In this document: one piece after another, positions 26,430 to 40,900 of the stretch | Layout of the letters: every line of letters starts with the position of its first letter | Numbering within the stretch: the stretch's first letter is position 1 | Assembly: GCA_002269645.1 (NCBI GenBank) | Contig: NIVC01003201.1 | Coordinates: forward strand, 1 to 64,000 | DNA length: 64,000 nt | Source of the DNA: Macrostomum lignano | Lineage: Eukaryota | Reading direction: 5' to 3' | Notes under the pieces: model-generated | What the model was told of the DNA's origin: nothing | The model's database searches: none | The model's input: the letters and a program-made list of their open reading frames with translations, nothing else | Program-made: the position numbers and the translations under genes

Positions 26430-29400
26430 CTAAAACAGGGACCCGCCACCCTCCGAGTCGCTCCCCCTGTGGTCACTCTCCTCCTCGACAATCTTGCAAT
26501 AGGAATTCTTCCTCGTGTAGCTGTCCTCGGCAGCCGCCGAGCCGGAGTGGGAGGCGGCGGCGTCGGGAAAAGCGGGCCCGACCGGGCTGAGGGCGGCGTG
26601 CCGGAGCCGCGAGTTGCCGGGCGCGGGGGTGTAGCGCACGGGCTGGGCGGGGTCCAGCACCGAGCAGGCGTAGTGGTTGGAGACCCGGGCGAATCTGGCA
26701 GGCGGCTCGCCCTGGCTCTGGCCCGCGGCCGACTGAGGGACGCCCAGTATGGGGCTGCCGACTGGCGATGAAGCCAAGCGGAGGCTGCGCTCGTGGCCGA
26801 GATCGTCCGAGAACGTCAGCTTGAGAATTGGCTTCAGGGCCGGTTCAGCCCGAGCCGCCGCCGTCGCGGCCGGGCCGCTCATCACGGATGTCATCTCCAG
26901 GTCCGTCAGCGAGGACTTGGCGGCGGCCGAGGCCTTCTTCCGCGTCGATCCGTTGGATGCTACGAAGGCTTTGTGCCGCTGCTGCCGCTGCTGCTGTCTT
27001 GGCGACGTCGGCTGCGAGGTTGAGGCCGCGCCAGAGCTGCTAGCGCCCGACGTTGAGCCGTCGGCCGCTGCCTGGCGTCGACGCATCTGTCGGCGTCTGC
27101 GACCGCGGCAGAGGAAGCAGATTAGGACAGCGGAGAGTCCGAGGATGACGGCGCTGCAGACGGAGCCGGTGGCCACGCCGGCAATGTAGTGCCAGGGAAC
27201 GCCTGCGGTTTGAGAGCAGCGGCTCATTGACTGAGCACTACAGGTATGGCTACCGTATGAAAGACCTCGTCTGCCTACTATGCCTCCTGCCTTATGCCAT
27301 TTCCGACACCAATTACTGCACCTTCCACCATCAGTACCAGCTAGTTCTTGGCGTTTTCACACTGACTCAGAGGCCGCAGCATACAATCCACGATACCCAC
27401 CCACACCAACCACCACAGACGCCAAAACCCTCGAACCACAACACCCACCTCAAAACACATCCACCCCAAAACACATCCCAGGCCGATCAATCCAAAACGC
27501 CCACCCTACAATACAAACTTCACAACAACACCAAATCAGAATTAATACCTTTCTGTATAAGCCACGTAGCAATACCACTCAAAACCCAAAACAACCCAGC
27601 CTCTGCTGTCACTCACAGTCCTCTTCATCCGAGGTCTCAATATGCGAGCAGCTCTGTCGGCCGTCGCATCTGGCGCTTGGATGAAGGCAGTACCTGGGCA
27701 GCCGGGTGCAGCTGAGGCCCGCTGAGTCGCGGCATTGCACAGCACCGCGGCATAGGTAGCCCGGGCAAGCGGCTGTAAGGGAGTGATGATTGATAGGGGA
27801 TGAATGACAGGTGACGAGTCAAAGTTCACGAGTGACAAGTGATGATTGACAGGTGACGAGTCAAAGTTCACGAGTGACAGGTGATGATTGACAGGTGACG
27901 AGTCAAAGTTCACGAGTGACAGGTGATGATTGACAGGTGACGAGTCAAAGTTCACGAGTGACAGGTGATGATTGACAGGTGACGAGTCAAAGTTCACGAG
28001 TGACAGGTGATGATTGACAGGTGACCAGTCAAAGTTCATGAGTGACAGGTGACGACTGACAGGTGACCAGTCAAAGTTCACGAGTGACAGGTGATGATTG
28101 ACAGGTGATGATTGACAGGTGACCAGTCAAAGTTCATGAGTGACAGGTGATGATTGACAGGTGACGAGTCAAAGTTCATGAGTGACAGGTGATGACTGAC
28201 AGGTGACCAGTCAAAGTTCACGAGTGACAGGTGATGATTGACAGGTGATTATTGATAGGTGACGAGTCAAAGTTCATGAGTGACAGGTGATGATTGACAG
28301 GTGACGAGTCAAAGTTCATGAGTGACAGGTGATGACTGACAGGTGACCAGTCAAAGTTCACGAGTGACAGGTGATGATTGAAAGGTGATAAGTGACAGGT
28401 GACGAGTAAAGTTCATGGGTGACAGGTGATGATTGACAGGTGATGATTAATAGGTAATGAGTGAATGCTGATGAGCTTACCGAGGAGTGACAGACACCAG
28501 CTTACCGAGGAGTGAAAGACACCAGCTTACCGAGGAGTGAAAGACACCAGCTTACCGAGGAGTGACAGACACCAGCTTACCGAGGAGTGAAAGACACCAG
28601 CTTACCGAGGAGTGAAAGACACCAGCTTACCGAGGAGTGAAAGACACCAGCTTACCGAGGAGTGAAAGAAACCAGCTTACCGAAGAGTGACAGACACCAG
28701 CTTACCGAGGAGTGAAAGACACCAGCTTACCGATGAGTGAAAGACATCAGCTTACCGAGGGGTGAAAGACACCAGCTTACCGAGGAGTGAAAGACACCAG
28801 CTTACCGATGAGTGAAAGACATCAGCTTACCGAGGAGTGAAAGACACCAGCTTACCGAGGAGTGAAAGACACCAGCTTACCGAGGAGTGAAAGACACCAG
28901 CTTACCGAGGAGTGAAAGACACTGGCATAATCTCAGCAGAGCTCACATGAATCCTGATGATCTTTCAGCGTTGCCGTGAACATTAGCTCAAAGCTCGACT
29001 TCGCTTCTAACGACTTCGCTTCACCAAAGAATCTGAAATTGTTTTTTTTGTACTTTCTGGTCTCAAAGTCTGACTACAAAAGCAATGTGTTCGGCACGTC
29101 CCCCCGCTCTACGCATTGCCAATTCGTGATTTTTTCTGAAACTCATAAATTATAAAGTTTGCCTTCACACCTGCTGCTTCTCAATAATTGCAGAAAGCTC
29201 CCAAAGAAAAGGCAATTGTTTGAGCAGCGTATCTATAGCCATAAATCCTATAAATAAGGCTAATTTCTTCGCTAAGCCCGCCCTGGACGCCGTGACGCCG
29301 CAGTGGGCGTTCCGCACAGTTGTTGCTGGGTCTATAAAAGGACGGGAGCGAGATTTTTAATTAACCACCGACTCCCCGCTGCTCAAATTGGGGAGGTGGG

Positions 29401-32400
29401 CGCCAAAAGTCAGCCCCCAGCTACCGGCCCGGGGCAACTGGAAGGCACACAGGGGATTGCAGAAGAAGAATATTCAAATAAAAAAACTTGCCTCGCCCCC
29501 CCCCCAGGGCGGTGGCTGGTCGGAGGGTCCTATCCCTGTGCGCTGCCGTATGCGCGAGCTCAGAGTCCTCTGCTCCAAGCTGAAGGCCTGAGAAAGCTGA
29601 AAGCTCAGCCCCGACGGAGACACCGGGTGGGAGGGCCAGGAAGCCGGGGCGGTTTTTTTGTCTCCCCTCCGCTTTCTCAGTCCTCCCGCAGGCTTTTTTT
29701 AATTCCTTTGCTGTCTAATCCCCGGGTCTGAGAAGGAAAATTGGAAGCGAAGGACTTGAGAATAAACGGCGTTCATAATGAAATCATGAAGTCCGCGGCG
29801 CTTAAAGTAGAATTCCAATTTAAGAGAAGCTAGCTTGTTTGGAAATAAGGACGAAGGAATCAACAGTGTGAAATGCTAGAGAGCTCATTTATGAAGATCC
29901 CAGAGGACCTGAGGGAGTTGTGGCGCCAATTGAAGGGCCCGAGAGAGTTGTGGCGCCAACTGAAGGACCTAAGAGAGCTGTAGCGCCAATTGAAGGGCCT
30001 GAGAGAGTTGTGGCGCCAACTGAAGGACCTAAGAGAGCTGTAGCGCCAACTGAAGGACCTGAGAGAGTTGTAGCGCCAAATGAAGGACCTAAGAGAGCTG
30101 TAGCGCCAATTGAAGGGCCTGAGAGAGTTGTGGCGCCAACTGAAGGACCTAAGAGAGCTGTAGCGCCAATTGAAGGGCCTGAGAGAGTTGTGGCGCCAAC
30201 TGAAGGACCTGAGAGAGTTGTAGCGCCAATTGAAGGACCTAAGAGAGCTGTAGCGCCAATTGAAGGGCCTGAGAGAGTTGTGGCGCCAACTGAAGGACCT
30301 GAGAAAGTTGTAGCTCCAACTGAAGGACCTGAGAGAGTTGTAGCTCCAACTGAAGGACCTGAGAGAGTTGTGGCGCCAACTGAAGGACCTGAGGGAGTTG
30401 TGGCGCCAACTGAAGGACCTGAGAGGGTTGTGGCTCCAACTGAAGGATCTGAGAGAGTTGTGGCGCCAACTGAAGGACCTGAGAGGGTTGTGGCTCCAAC
30501 TGAAGGACCTGGGGGAGTTGTGGCGTCAACTGAAGGGCCTGTGAGAGTTGTGGCGTCAACTGAAGGGCCTGTGAGAGTTGTGGCGTCAACTGAAGGGCCT
30601 GTGAGAGTTGTGGCGTCAACTGAAGGGCCTGTGAGAGTTGTGGCGTCAACTGAAGGGCCTGTGAAAGTTGAACTGAAGGACCTCAGAGAGTTGTGGCGCC
30701 AACTGAAGGACCTGAGAGAGTTGTGGCTTCAACTGAAGGACCTGAGAGAGTTGTGGCTTCAACTGAAGGACCTGAGAGAGTTGTGGCGTCAACTGAAGGA
30801 CCTGAGAGAGTTGTGGCGTCAACTGAAGGGCCTGTGAGAGTTGTGGCGTCAACTGAAGGGCCTGTGAGAGTTGTGGCGTCAACTGAAGGGCCTGTGAAAG
30901 TTGAACTGAAGGACCTCAGAGAGTTGTGGCGCCAACTGAAGGACCTGAGAGAGTTGTGGCTTCAACTGAAGGACCTGAGAGAGTTGTGGCTTCAACTGAA
31001 GGACCTGAGAGAGTTGTGGCGTCAACTGAAGGACCTGAGAGAGTTGTGGCGTCAACTGAAGGGCCTGTGAAAGTTGAACTGAAGGACCTGAGAGAGTTGT
31101 GGCTTCAACTGAAGGACCTGAGAGAGCTGTAGCGCCAATTGAAGGGCTTGAGAGAGTTGTGGCGCCAACTGAAGGTCACATTGTTCAAACTACATCGCAG
31201 ACGGTGACTCACCTGATAAAGAGCATCCGGTCTTCGCTCACGATTGACTCCGGATAGTGCGTCGACGCGCAGAATCTGTCTTTCGGCGTTTTCGACGCCG
31301 TTGGGAAAACGTCGAACACGGAGATGTTGGCAGCCGAGCAGCTGGAGGCTGCAGTTGGTAGTTTGGGATGATTGCGACTGACTGACTGACTGACTGACTG
31401 ACTGACTGACTGACTGACTGACTTGAGTGAGTGGGTGACTGACTGACTGACTTGAGTGAGTGGGTGACTGACTGACTGACTTGAGTGAGTGGGTGACTGA
31501 CTGACTGACTTGAGTGAGTGGGTGACTGACTGACTGACTTGAGTGAGTGGGTGACTGACTGACTGACTTGAGTGAGTGGGTGACTGACTGACTGACTTGA
31601 GTGAGTGGGTGACTGACTGACTGACTTGAGTGAGTGGGTGACTGACTGACTGACTTGAGTGAGTGGGTGACTGACTGACTGACTTGAGTGAGTGGGTGAC
31701 TGACTGACTGACTGACTTGAGTGAGTGGGTGACTGACTGACTGACTTGAGTGAGTGGGTGACTGACTGACTGACTTGAGTGAGTGAGTGACTGACTGACT
31801 GACTTGAGTGAGTGGGTGACTGACTGACTGCAAAAGTGGTCGATCAGATTTCAATGAGTTGCCTTATAAATGAAGCCAAAGATTTCGTTAGATTGATAAA
31901 ATGATTAAGTAGACTATTCTTTGATCGTTGATTTTCCATTGAGGTTACGTATGGCTTCAAGTCTTGAAACAACAAGTCAGTACTATAATATAGCCAATTT
32001 AATGAATCCCTTTATTTTGTAGCATAGTCTGGGCGGCATCAATCTTAATCAATGCTTTGCACTTTTAAAAGAAAATCCACTCCTAGAAGCAGCAGTAGAA
32101 AAGAGTTCCGAGAGTTCATCAGATCAGCAGCTATCGATGCCAAACAAGCTTGGACCGACAACTTCCTCTGGAGATCCGCCATGGCGTCCCTCCCCTCCGC
32201 AGCCGGGGCTTTGTGAGCCCGTGTAGAGCTTGAATAGCAAAAATGCTGCTGAGAGAGAGGGAAGGAGTCAGAATTGAGCAGGCAGAGGGCGGAGGCAAGC
32301 AGGAGTCTGCTCAACAATCCTGCGCATACGATGCGAATTCCCTGCTCCAGGAAGTGAGGGCGACATCACGATACCAATGCTAAGTCAGCCTGAATTATCG

Positions 32401-34916
32401 AGGTCACCAGGAGTGATTTATGACTGTCAAGGCAAGCATGGCAGCTACCGTTAATAAGATGTTTTTACGGCAGTTTGTGAGGCTTCAGCTGTGCTAGAAG
32501 TGACGGAAATCCCGCTAATCACCTGCTTTGCCGAAGTTGAATTTGGTCAGGGTTAGCAGAATTTGCCAGTTCTCTGGCACTTGGATGATCCAGGCGCATC
32601 GGACATTGTCGGCCACGGTGGATGGGTAGCCCTGGAAGCTGGGCGAGCTGATGACGCCGGAGGCGCCGCTGTAGAAATCTTTGCCGCAGCGGGGGTCATT
32701 GTTCTCGGCTCTGGCGAGATCCTCTGATTGGTTCGGGGGGATGAAAGAAGTAGCGATTCATTCAATTTTTATCAACTTGGCTGACCGATACTGAGATGAG
32801 TCAGTCAGATGACTCAGACGAGTCAGAAATTTAGATAAGTCATAGACCCAGATGAGTCGTAGACTCAGATGAGCTAGAGACGCAGATGAGCTAGAGACCC
32901 AGATGAGTCAGAGACTCAGATGAGCTAGAGACGCAGATGAGCTAGAGACGCAGATGAGCTAGAAACCCAGATGAGCTAGAAACCCAGATGAGCTAGAAAC
33001 CCAGATGAGCTAGAAACCCAGATGAGCTAGAAACCCAGATGAGCTAGAAACTCAGATGAGCTAGAGACCCAGATGAGTCAGAGACTCAGATGAGCTAGAA
33101 ACCCAGATGAGCTAGAAACCCAGATGAGCTAGAGACCCAGATGAGTCAGAGACTCAGATGAGCTAGAAACCCAGATGAGCTAGAAACCCAGATGAGCTAG
33201 AGACCTAGATGAGTCAGAGACTCAGATGAGCTAGAAACCCAGATGAGCTAGAAACCCAGATGAGCTAGAAACCCAGATGAGCTAGAAACCCAGATGAGTC
33301 AGAGACTCAGATGAGCTAGAGACTCAGATGAGCTAGAAACCCAGATGAGCTAGAAACCCAGATGAGCTAGAAACCCAGATGAGCCAGAAACTCAGATGAG
33401 CTAGAAACCCAGATGAGCTAGAAACCCAGATGAGCTAGAGACCCAGATGAGCTAGAAACCCAGATGAGCTAGAAACCCAGATGAGCTAGAAACCCAGATG
33501 AGCTAGAGACCCAGATGAGCTAGAAACTCAGATGAGCTAGAAACCCAGATGAGCTAGAAACCCAGATGAGCTAGAAACTCAGATGAGCTAGAGACCCAGA
33601 CGAGTCATAGACACAGATGAGTCATAGCTTCGGATAAGCCATCAACCCGGATGAGCTAGAGAGCCAAATGATTGACAGAACTAGATGAGTCATACCCGTA
33701 GGATTGGATAAGTTATGAATCCAGATGAAATATAGACACTCAGATGGGTCACCAACGAATTTGATTGATTTATTCATTCAACTAGAGTGTAAATACATTT
33801 AGAATTTTAATTTTATCCGCAATACTCACCAATGCGAATGAAGTGATACTTAAGCTGGAAGCCCCTGTACTCTTCCCATCGGATCTGCGAGCTGTGGAAT
33901 CTCAGCTGCACCCAGTTACTGGCCGATATGATGGTGCCAATCTTAGCTGAGCCACAGGCGTTCTCCATTAGCAGAGTTGGCCGGCCTTGCACTATGTTCT
34001 TCAGAGAGATGTAGTCCTGGTAGCAGCTGAGGGAGTGGCGCTTGTGTAAGTAAACTTCAAGTAAACGGCGCTCTGATGTGCCAGCGGCCCAGGCTCGATT
34101 CCAAGTGCAGTCGCATTCATTTGGCTCTGCTCGTGCAATTAACACCCTTGAAGGCCAACCCCCAAGGCACAGTGAAGTGTACATGCCTAACGATAAATAA
34201 AGTTAGGGCCGCTGTACACTCCTGTGTGAGTGTGTGCCTGTGCGTAGGACTGCGTACGTATCCGCGCGCTTGTGTGCCTGCTCAGGGGAGTCTTCGGAAT
34301 GGGCAGCAATGCCTCTCGCCGGTTGTGCGACAATGTCGCTTAGAGTGCACCAGGCTGCACACAGCCCCCTGTTTCCAATAAAAAAATCGTCATTAGACTC
34401 GGACTCAGCGTTTTGAGATGCTGGCGGACCAGCATGTTCGCTTCCAAGTAGCCTTTATCCATTAATATCCAAACTAGAAGACTTGTTCAGCATTCCTTTT
34501 AAAACGCCTATATCATTGACCAACCTTCAGGTGAGGCGAACCTTTCAACGCGATAGGATCCGCACTAAGCAAATTTGAAGCTTGCCATGCTCAAATAGGT
34601 AACAGAGGAACTTGTGGAAGCAGCAGAAAATATTCATGCCTGGCTGAAGCGCCCAACACCCTGTGAAGTCTTGCGGCTCAGGACTGGACTCGGGATAAGC
34701 AGCGGCAGCCCCAGCGACTAATCCCAGGGATCCCGGCGGCCAGTTCGTTGCCTTCTGCTTCCCTTCGCTCCCATGGCCAGCCCATAGTTTGTCGGATTAG
34801 CCCGCGCACCCACCTCCCCATGGCGGCCTCTCTCGGTCCCCGATGATAAGGGCGACGGCGGCGGATAAAGAAGGAGAGGCTATAACTTCATTTTGCCGAG
34901 CAGCAGTTCCCCAGGT

Positions 34917-34970
<54 letters not shown>

Positions 34971-37900
34971 CCCAGTTGTTGGAACGAGAAGGCGCTATGA
35001 GCAGCCACAAGCCTTGGATTGCTGCGGTACTGCCTGATTTTGTTGGTTTGCTGGCCTCAGCCCGGTCTCGTTTTCGCATTGAAATTCTCCCTCTATGCCC
35101 TTTCCCCCTCCCTGTCTCACTTCCTCTCGCAATCAGCTCGACAAGGACTAAGCAATAAAACCCGGCCGACCGAGCTGTAATGCGCTTAGTTAGCCGTGGC
35201 CTTGGATTTCGAATTTTTGACGCTTTTTTGGTTCGCGGGCAGTGGGGAGGCCAATCTTCGTAGATTTATTGCGACATCAGTGTGGCGAAAGAGTGTTCGG
35301 AGAAGTAGACGATAAAAATATAGCGAAAATTGGTCGTGAATTCGGTAAGGGAATTAGACTGGGCAGCTTTGACACACGAGATTTTTGGCTTCTATTAGCG
35401 TCCAAGTGGCAGTCAGCGTCACTTTGAATAACGTCTACTGTATTTAGCCACGTACTAACCGAGGCCAACTTTGCTTAACTTTCAAGTGATTCACTGAGAC
35501 TCACAGCACAGACTCAGCCAGGTGAATGTCAATAAAGTTGAGCACCACCCGCTCGTTGGGGGAGCCGATGATGTCGTAGGTGCAGTCGGTCAGCGGCAGG
35601 TAGCCGGAGCCGTCGTAACCTGGCGACTTGATGACCCCGGCCGACTGTTCTGCGCTGCTGAACCTGGTGACCCCGCAGCCGCCTGCAATGATGAGATGGG
35701 GCATTTTAGCTTAGTGTGTTGACTGGTTCACAGAGAGAGCTGTGCATGTACAGCTGCGCTGACTTTCGCATAGTTAGGCATGTACACTCTCTGCCCTTGG
35801 GAATGTATTTTTGTCTAGATACTCGGAAAAATTAAACCAAGGAATACTATTGCTGAAACAGGGGGAACGAACCATGACAGCTTGCCAGGTCCCCGCACTA
35901 TTTAAGTAGAAACTGATGGGTTGTAGCCTCGTGGTTAAAGTGTCGGACTCACGACTTGAAGGTCGGGGGTTCGATTCTCGATCCCACTAAAACAATTTGT
36001 GTCCTTTAGCAAGACACTTAACTCTGCATTGCTTCAGTTCACCCAGCTGTAAAATGGGTGCCAGCATTAGCTGGGGTAATTGAGGCTGTGTGTGGCGACC
36101 CCCCAGTCCTTGGACTGAACAGCCGTACGCAGCCTTCAGATGCGCCGCGCAATAGCTGCGGCTGAGCTGTCGGTTGCACATCTGCTCATTAAGAGCAGGT
36201 GTGTTCAATTATTTGATTATTTTTTATTATAAGAAACTGAATGACATCGTGACGACTTGCTGGGAGATGAGAGAGACGCTCCCGGCTGTGTCAGTGCTAC
36301 TTCAGCAGAGAGGAGGGCGGTGACTACTCCGAGTTGCTTGCATATCACACACGAAGTGACTAAATTCCTGCCTCCAAATAATAATTATTGTTTTCTATAA
36401 TATACCTCATCTGAAGGCTGCGTACGGCTGTTCAGTCCAAGGACTGGGGGGTCGCCACACACCCTCAATCACCCCAGCTAATGCTGGCACCCATTTTACA
36501 GCTGGGTGAACTGAAGCAATGCAAAGTTAAGTGTCTTGCTCATGGACACAAATTGTTCGAGATCGAGAATCGAACCCCCGACCTTTCAGTCGTGAGTCTG
36601 ACGCTCTGACCACTAGGCTACAACCCCTACCACTTCCAAAAATTTCACAAATCACCGGGGTCGCGCAGAAATCGATTGAGAAGAAAAACTGCGGTGCTTC
36701 CATTGTGAGGGACGAGCAACAGACATTGTTGAAGATTTTCCTCCCACGGGGACTGGAGGCGGGGAGCAGGCAGTCGGATTGGGCGTTTCGCCACCCCCCC
36801 CCTCCCCAGTCCCCAGTCTCCGAGCACCAATTCGGTTTAGCTAATGGGAATAATAAATTTTCTCCCATGCTGCAGGCCTTTGCCTCTTAGCACTTAGCAC
36901 CTGATGCTCGCTTGGCTGTTGATTGCATTTTCTGGGCCGCTTCCCGCTGCCCACGTTTCAGCCGCCACTAGCAGAAATTGTTGCTCGGGCGAATGGCGAG
37001 TATTTGCTATATATCGGGATGTATACATGTTTATATAGGAGTAGAGTAGTTGTTAGGATGGAAATAGGAATGGAAAGGGAGAAAAAGGCGTGAGAGCGAG
37101 ATAAAGCTGTGAGAGGTAGATAAAGGTGCGAGAGAGAGATGTAGGTATGAGATGGAGATGAAGGTGTGGGGGGAGATTAATGTGAGAGTGAGATGAAAGT
37201 TAGAGGAAAATTAAGGAGTGGGATGCAGGCGAGAGTGAGGTGAAGGTGGGAGGGAGATGCAGGTGAGAGTGAGGTGAAGGTGGGAGGGAGATGCAGGTGA
37301 GAGTGAGGTGAAGGTGGGAGGGAGATGCAGGTGAGAGTGAGGTGAAGGTGTGAGGGAGATGCAGGTGAGAGTGAGGTGAAGGTGAGAGGGAGATGCAGGC
37401 GAGAGTGAGGTGAAGGTGGTAGGGAGATGCAGGCGAGAGTGAGGTGAAGGTGGTAGGGAGATGCAGGCGAGAGTGAGGTGAAGGTGAGAGGGAGATGCAG
37501 GCGAGAGTGAGGTGAAGGTGAGAGGGAGATGCAGGCGAGAGTGAGGTGAAGGTGAGAGGGAGATGCAGGCGAGAGTGAGGTGAAGGTGAGAGGGAGATGC
37601 AGGCGAGAGTGAGGTGAAGGTGAGAGGGAGATGCAGGCGAGAGTGAGGTGAAGGTGGGAGGGAGATGCAGGTGAGAGTGAGGTGAAGGTGGGAGGGAGAT
37701 GCAGGCGAGAGTGAGGTGAAGGTGGGAGGGAGATGCAGGTGAGAGTGAGGTGAAGGTGGGAGGGAGATGCAGGTGAGAGTGAGGTGAAGGTGGGAGGGAG
37801 ATGCAGGTGAGAGTGAGGATAAGGAGTGAGGGAGCTACCTTTCTCTTGGAACTCATATCGAATCCGGAAGCCATTCGAGGTCCTGTCCTGCAGCGCGCTG

Positions 37901-40900
37901 TAGTTGCCGTACTCAGCGTAGAGCACCAGGGTGACGTTGGACAGGCCGCGGATTTCGCTGCCGGATTTATCGCCGCACAGCCTGCGCAGGTAGCTGCCCT
38001 CCACGTAGATGTCCACGAATTCCAGCTTGCAGCTGCGGTGGGCGGTTTAGCAACAGCGATGGGTTTTGAGATTTTATTTTCAACATTTCATTGTGTTGAA
38101 CTTATTATAGATAAACTTCTAGCTTGACCTTGGAGGAAACCCCTACCTGATTCATTGGAACGAGATGGAGATTGGAGATGGGAAATGAGAGATGGGAGAT
38201 GAAAGGTGGGAGATGGGAGATGAGAGATAGGAGATAATAGGTGGGAGATGGAAGATCAGAGATGGGAGATGAGATATATGAGAGATATAAGATAGGAGAC
38301 AGGAGACGGGAGACGGGAGATGGGATTTTGGAGACGGGAGATGGGAGACGGGAGACGGGAGACGGGAGATGGAAGACGGTAGACGGGAGACGGGAGATGA
38401 GAGATGGGATATTGGAGACGGGAGATGGGAGACGGGAGAAGGGATTTTGGAGACGGGAGATGGGAGACGGGAGACGGGAGACGGGAGATGGAAGACGGTA
38501 GACGGGAGACGGGAGATGAGAGATGGGATATTGGAGACGGGAGATGGAAGACGGGAGACGGGAGACGGGAGATGAGAGATGGGATATTGGAGACGGGAGA
38601 TGGGAGACGGGAGATGCATGGTAGGAGATAGGAGACGCGAATGGAAGAAGCAAAAAACGGGCCTGATTGAGAACAAGTGCACGGTTTATCAGTGCTTTTT
38701 TCTAGGCTGTTTTCCGAGGTGCAAAAACTGCCAAAACACCTGTGTCCAATAGTTTTCTTATTTGACTATCCTCAGTTTCGCTCAAGAGGTACATAAAATT
38801 GAAATAGCTATTTTTGTTTTGAAGGATAGTCTCCGCTGCAGAATAAATATTGCATGCCTGAGAAAACAATTTTATGCTCTAAAAAATAGAGATGGCCAAA
38901 CGTCTCAACAAGCATAAAAAGCCTGACATGCATGAGCCTATAATCAAGATAAAACTGCTCATATCCATCCAACTTGAAGCTTTCCTCTTTCTACTTTTCT
39001 TCCCTTAACTAAATCCTGCTAAGCGAGAGGCCGATGCAGTGCACTTTTCAATCCGGGCGCAGAGTCTGATTGAATTGAGTGCGGTCGCAGCTCAATGGTG
39101 TGAGAATTTCTGCAACCAGCCACCCTCTGCCATGGCCCACGGCCCCAATGCTAGCTTCTAGTGCTGAGAATGCCGCGTCTCCCAGTCAGCTGTCAGCTCA
39201 CAGATTCTAGAAGAAGCAGGGAGTAGAAGAAGAGAGAGGGGATGCGAGAGTAGGTGAGGAAAACGGAGAGACTGATGGGAGATGAGAGATGGAGATGAGA
39301 GATGATAGATAGGAGATAGAAGATGGGGATGGGAGAAGGAAAATGGGTGAGAAAAGATGGAAGAGAACAGATGGGAGATGAGAGACGGGAGATGGGAGAC
39401 TGAAGATGGGAGATGGGAGATTGAAGATGGGAGATGGGGGATGGAAAATGGGTGAGAAAAGATGGAAGAGAACAGATATGAGATGAGAGACGGGAGATGG
39501 GAGACTGAAGATGGGAGATGGGAGATTGAAGATGGGGATGGGAGAAGGAAAATGGGTGAGAAAAGATGGAAGAGAACAGATGGGAGATGAGAGACGGGAG
39601 ATGGGAGACTGAAGATGGGAGATGCGAGATTGAAGATGGGAGATGGGGGATGGGATATGGAAGATAGGAGATGGGAGATGGGAGATAGGAGATGGGAGAG
39701 GAGAGATGGGAGATTGAAGATGTGAGATGGGGGATCGGAGATGGGAGATTGGAGATGGGAGATGAGAGATGAGAGATAAGAGAAGGTGAGGAAATGAGAG
39801 GGAGGGAGATATGGAGAGAAGACAGAGAGGGGAAGTGAGAAGTGATTGGGAGATTAGTGGGCAAAAGCGAACAGGAGTTGACACTACAGCCAGACAGATA
39901 AAAAAGCATTGCGCACAGAAGGCATGCGGAAGGTCTAGCAGAGTGTGAGGAGGGCGGGACGGCAGCTCGGTAGGTAAACGGAGAGAAGTAATGAGGAAAG
40001 GAAAAGTCAAGGGAGCCCCGCCGCTCCCCTTCGAGTCTACCCGCTGCCCCTCGGGCAAGATGAGGCTGGGAGGCTGGAAAGCCCGGGCTCAAAAGTGAGT
40101 TCAAAGTGAGCTGGAAAGAAGCAACTGACTGGATCTGAACTCTGAGGAAGAGGGCTGGACTAAGGGGGGGGGGGGTATGGCGGCCTCTCCTCTGTCCTCT
40201 CGCTTGCAAAATCGACTGCTCAGATGACCGCTTAATGAGCAGATAAGACAGAAATGATGATTGAGAAATCGACTCGGGAGTCTAAACGAAAATATGACGG
40301 CAGGAATTTTTTGTGGGGCAAAAAAACGGGTTCCGCTTGCACGCTTGCATGACAAAGGGAGAGTTTTTGTAATTTTTTTGCAATTGCCAGCGCTATCCCA
40401 TTGTTTTTTGCCGGCAGCAGAGTTCAGCGCAGATCACTTTCACCCGCTGGCGGCTTCCGGAGCGGCGCTACTTTGCCGGGGAATTGGGAGGGCGGAAGCT
40501 CAGGAGCGGTGAGTGATCCAGTTAGTGCTTTTGGGAAGTTCACAAGCGAGAAATGAGAGGCAGAGAACTCAGAGTCAGAGAGAGAGAGAGTCACTCTGAG
40601 GTGCCACTTATACTCTCTGGCCCCTGCCGTGGCGTATTTACCTTAATTAATTCAATTACTCAAGACACAACTGGACCGCTGGGATTTGGCCCGCGGGGGA
40701 GGGGGGGTGCTGCTGAGGTGGGGAACTGCCAGCCACCGTAGAGAAGAAGGCCGGCGAGGTTAGGGAGGCAGAAATTTTCCAACTCTTCTTTCCAAAAGAG
40801 AGCTGGAGCCAAGACCAGAAAAGTACACCTGCACCGAGGCTTGGAGGCCAGCGATTTTATCCTCACGCAGACCTGGAGAAATCTATGCTGGAATAGAGAG

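Noticed and set aside
29920-31132. 305-aa APTEGPERVV repeat ORF as a nested mucin-like gene
   Set aside because: No ATG or convincing acceptor, an upstream stop at ~29869 and frame switches within the array. Openness follows from the 30-bp period.
32045-32317. Additional CUB exon
   Set aside because: CUB3 continues cleanly from 32523 to 31348, and no frame here carries CUB motifs.
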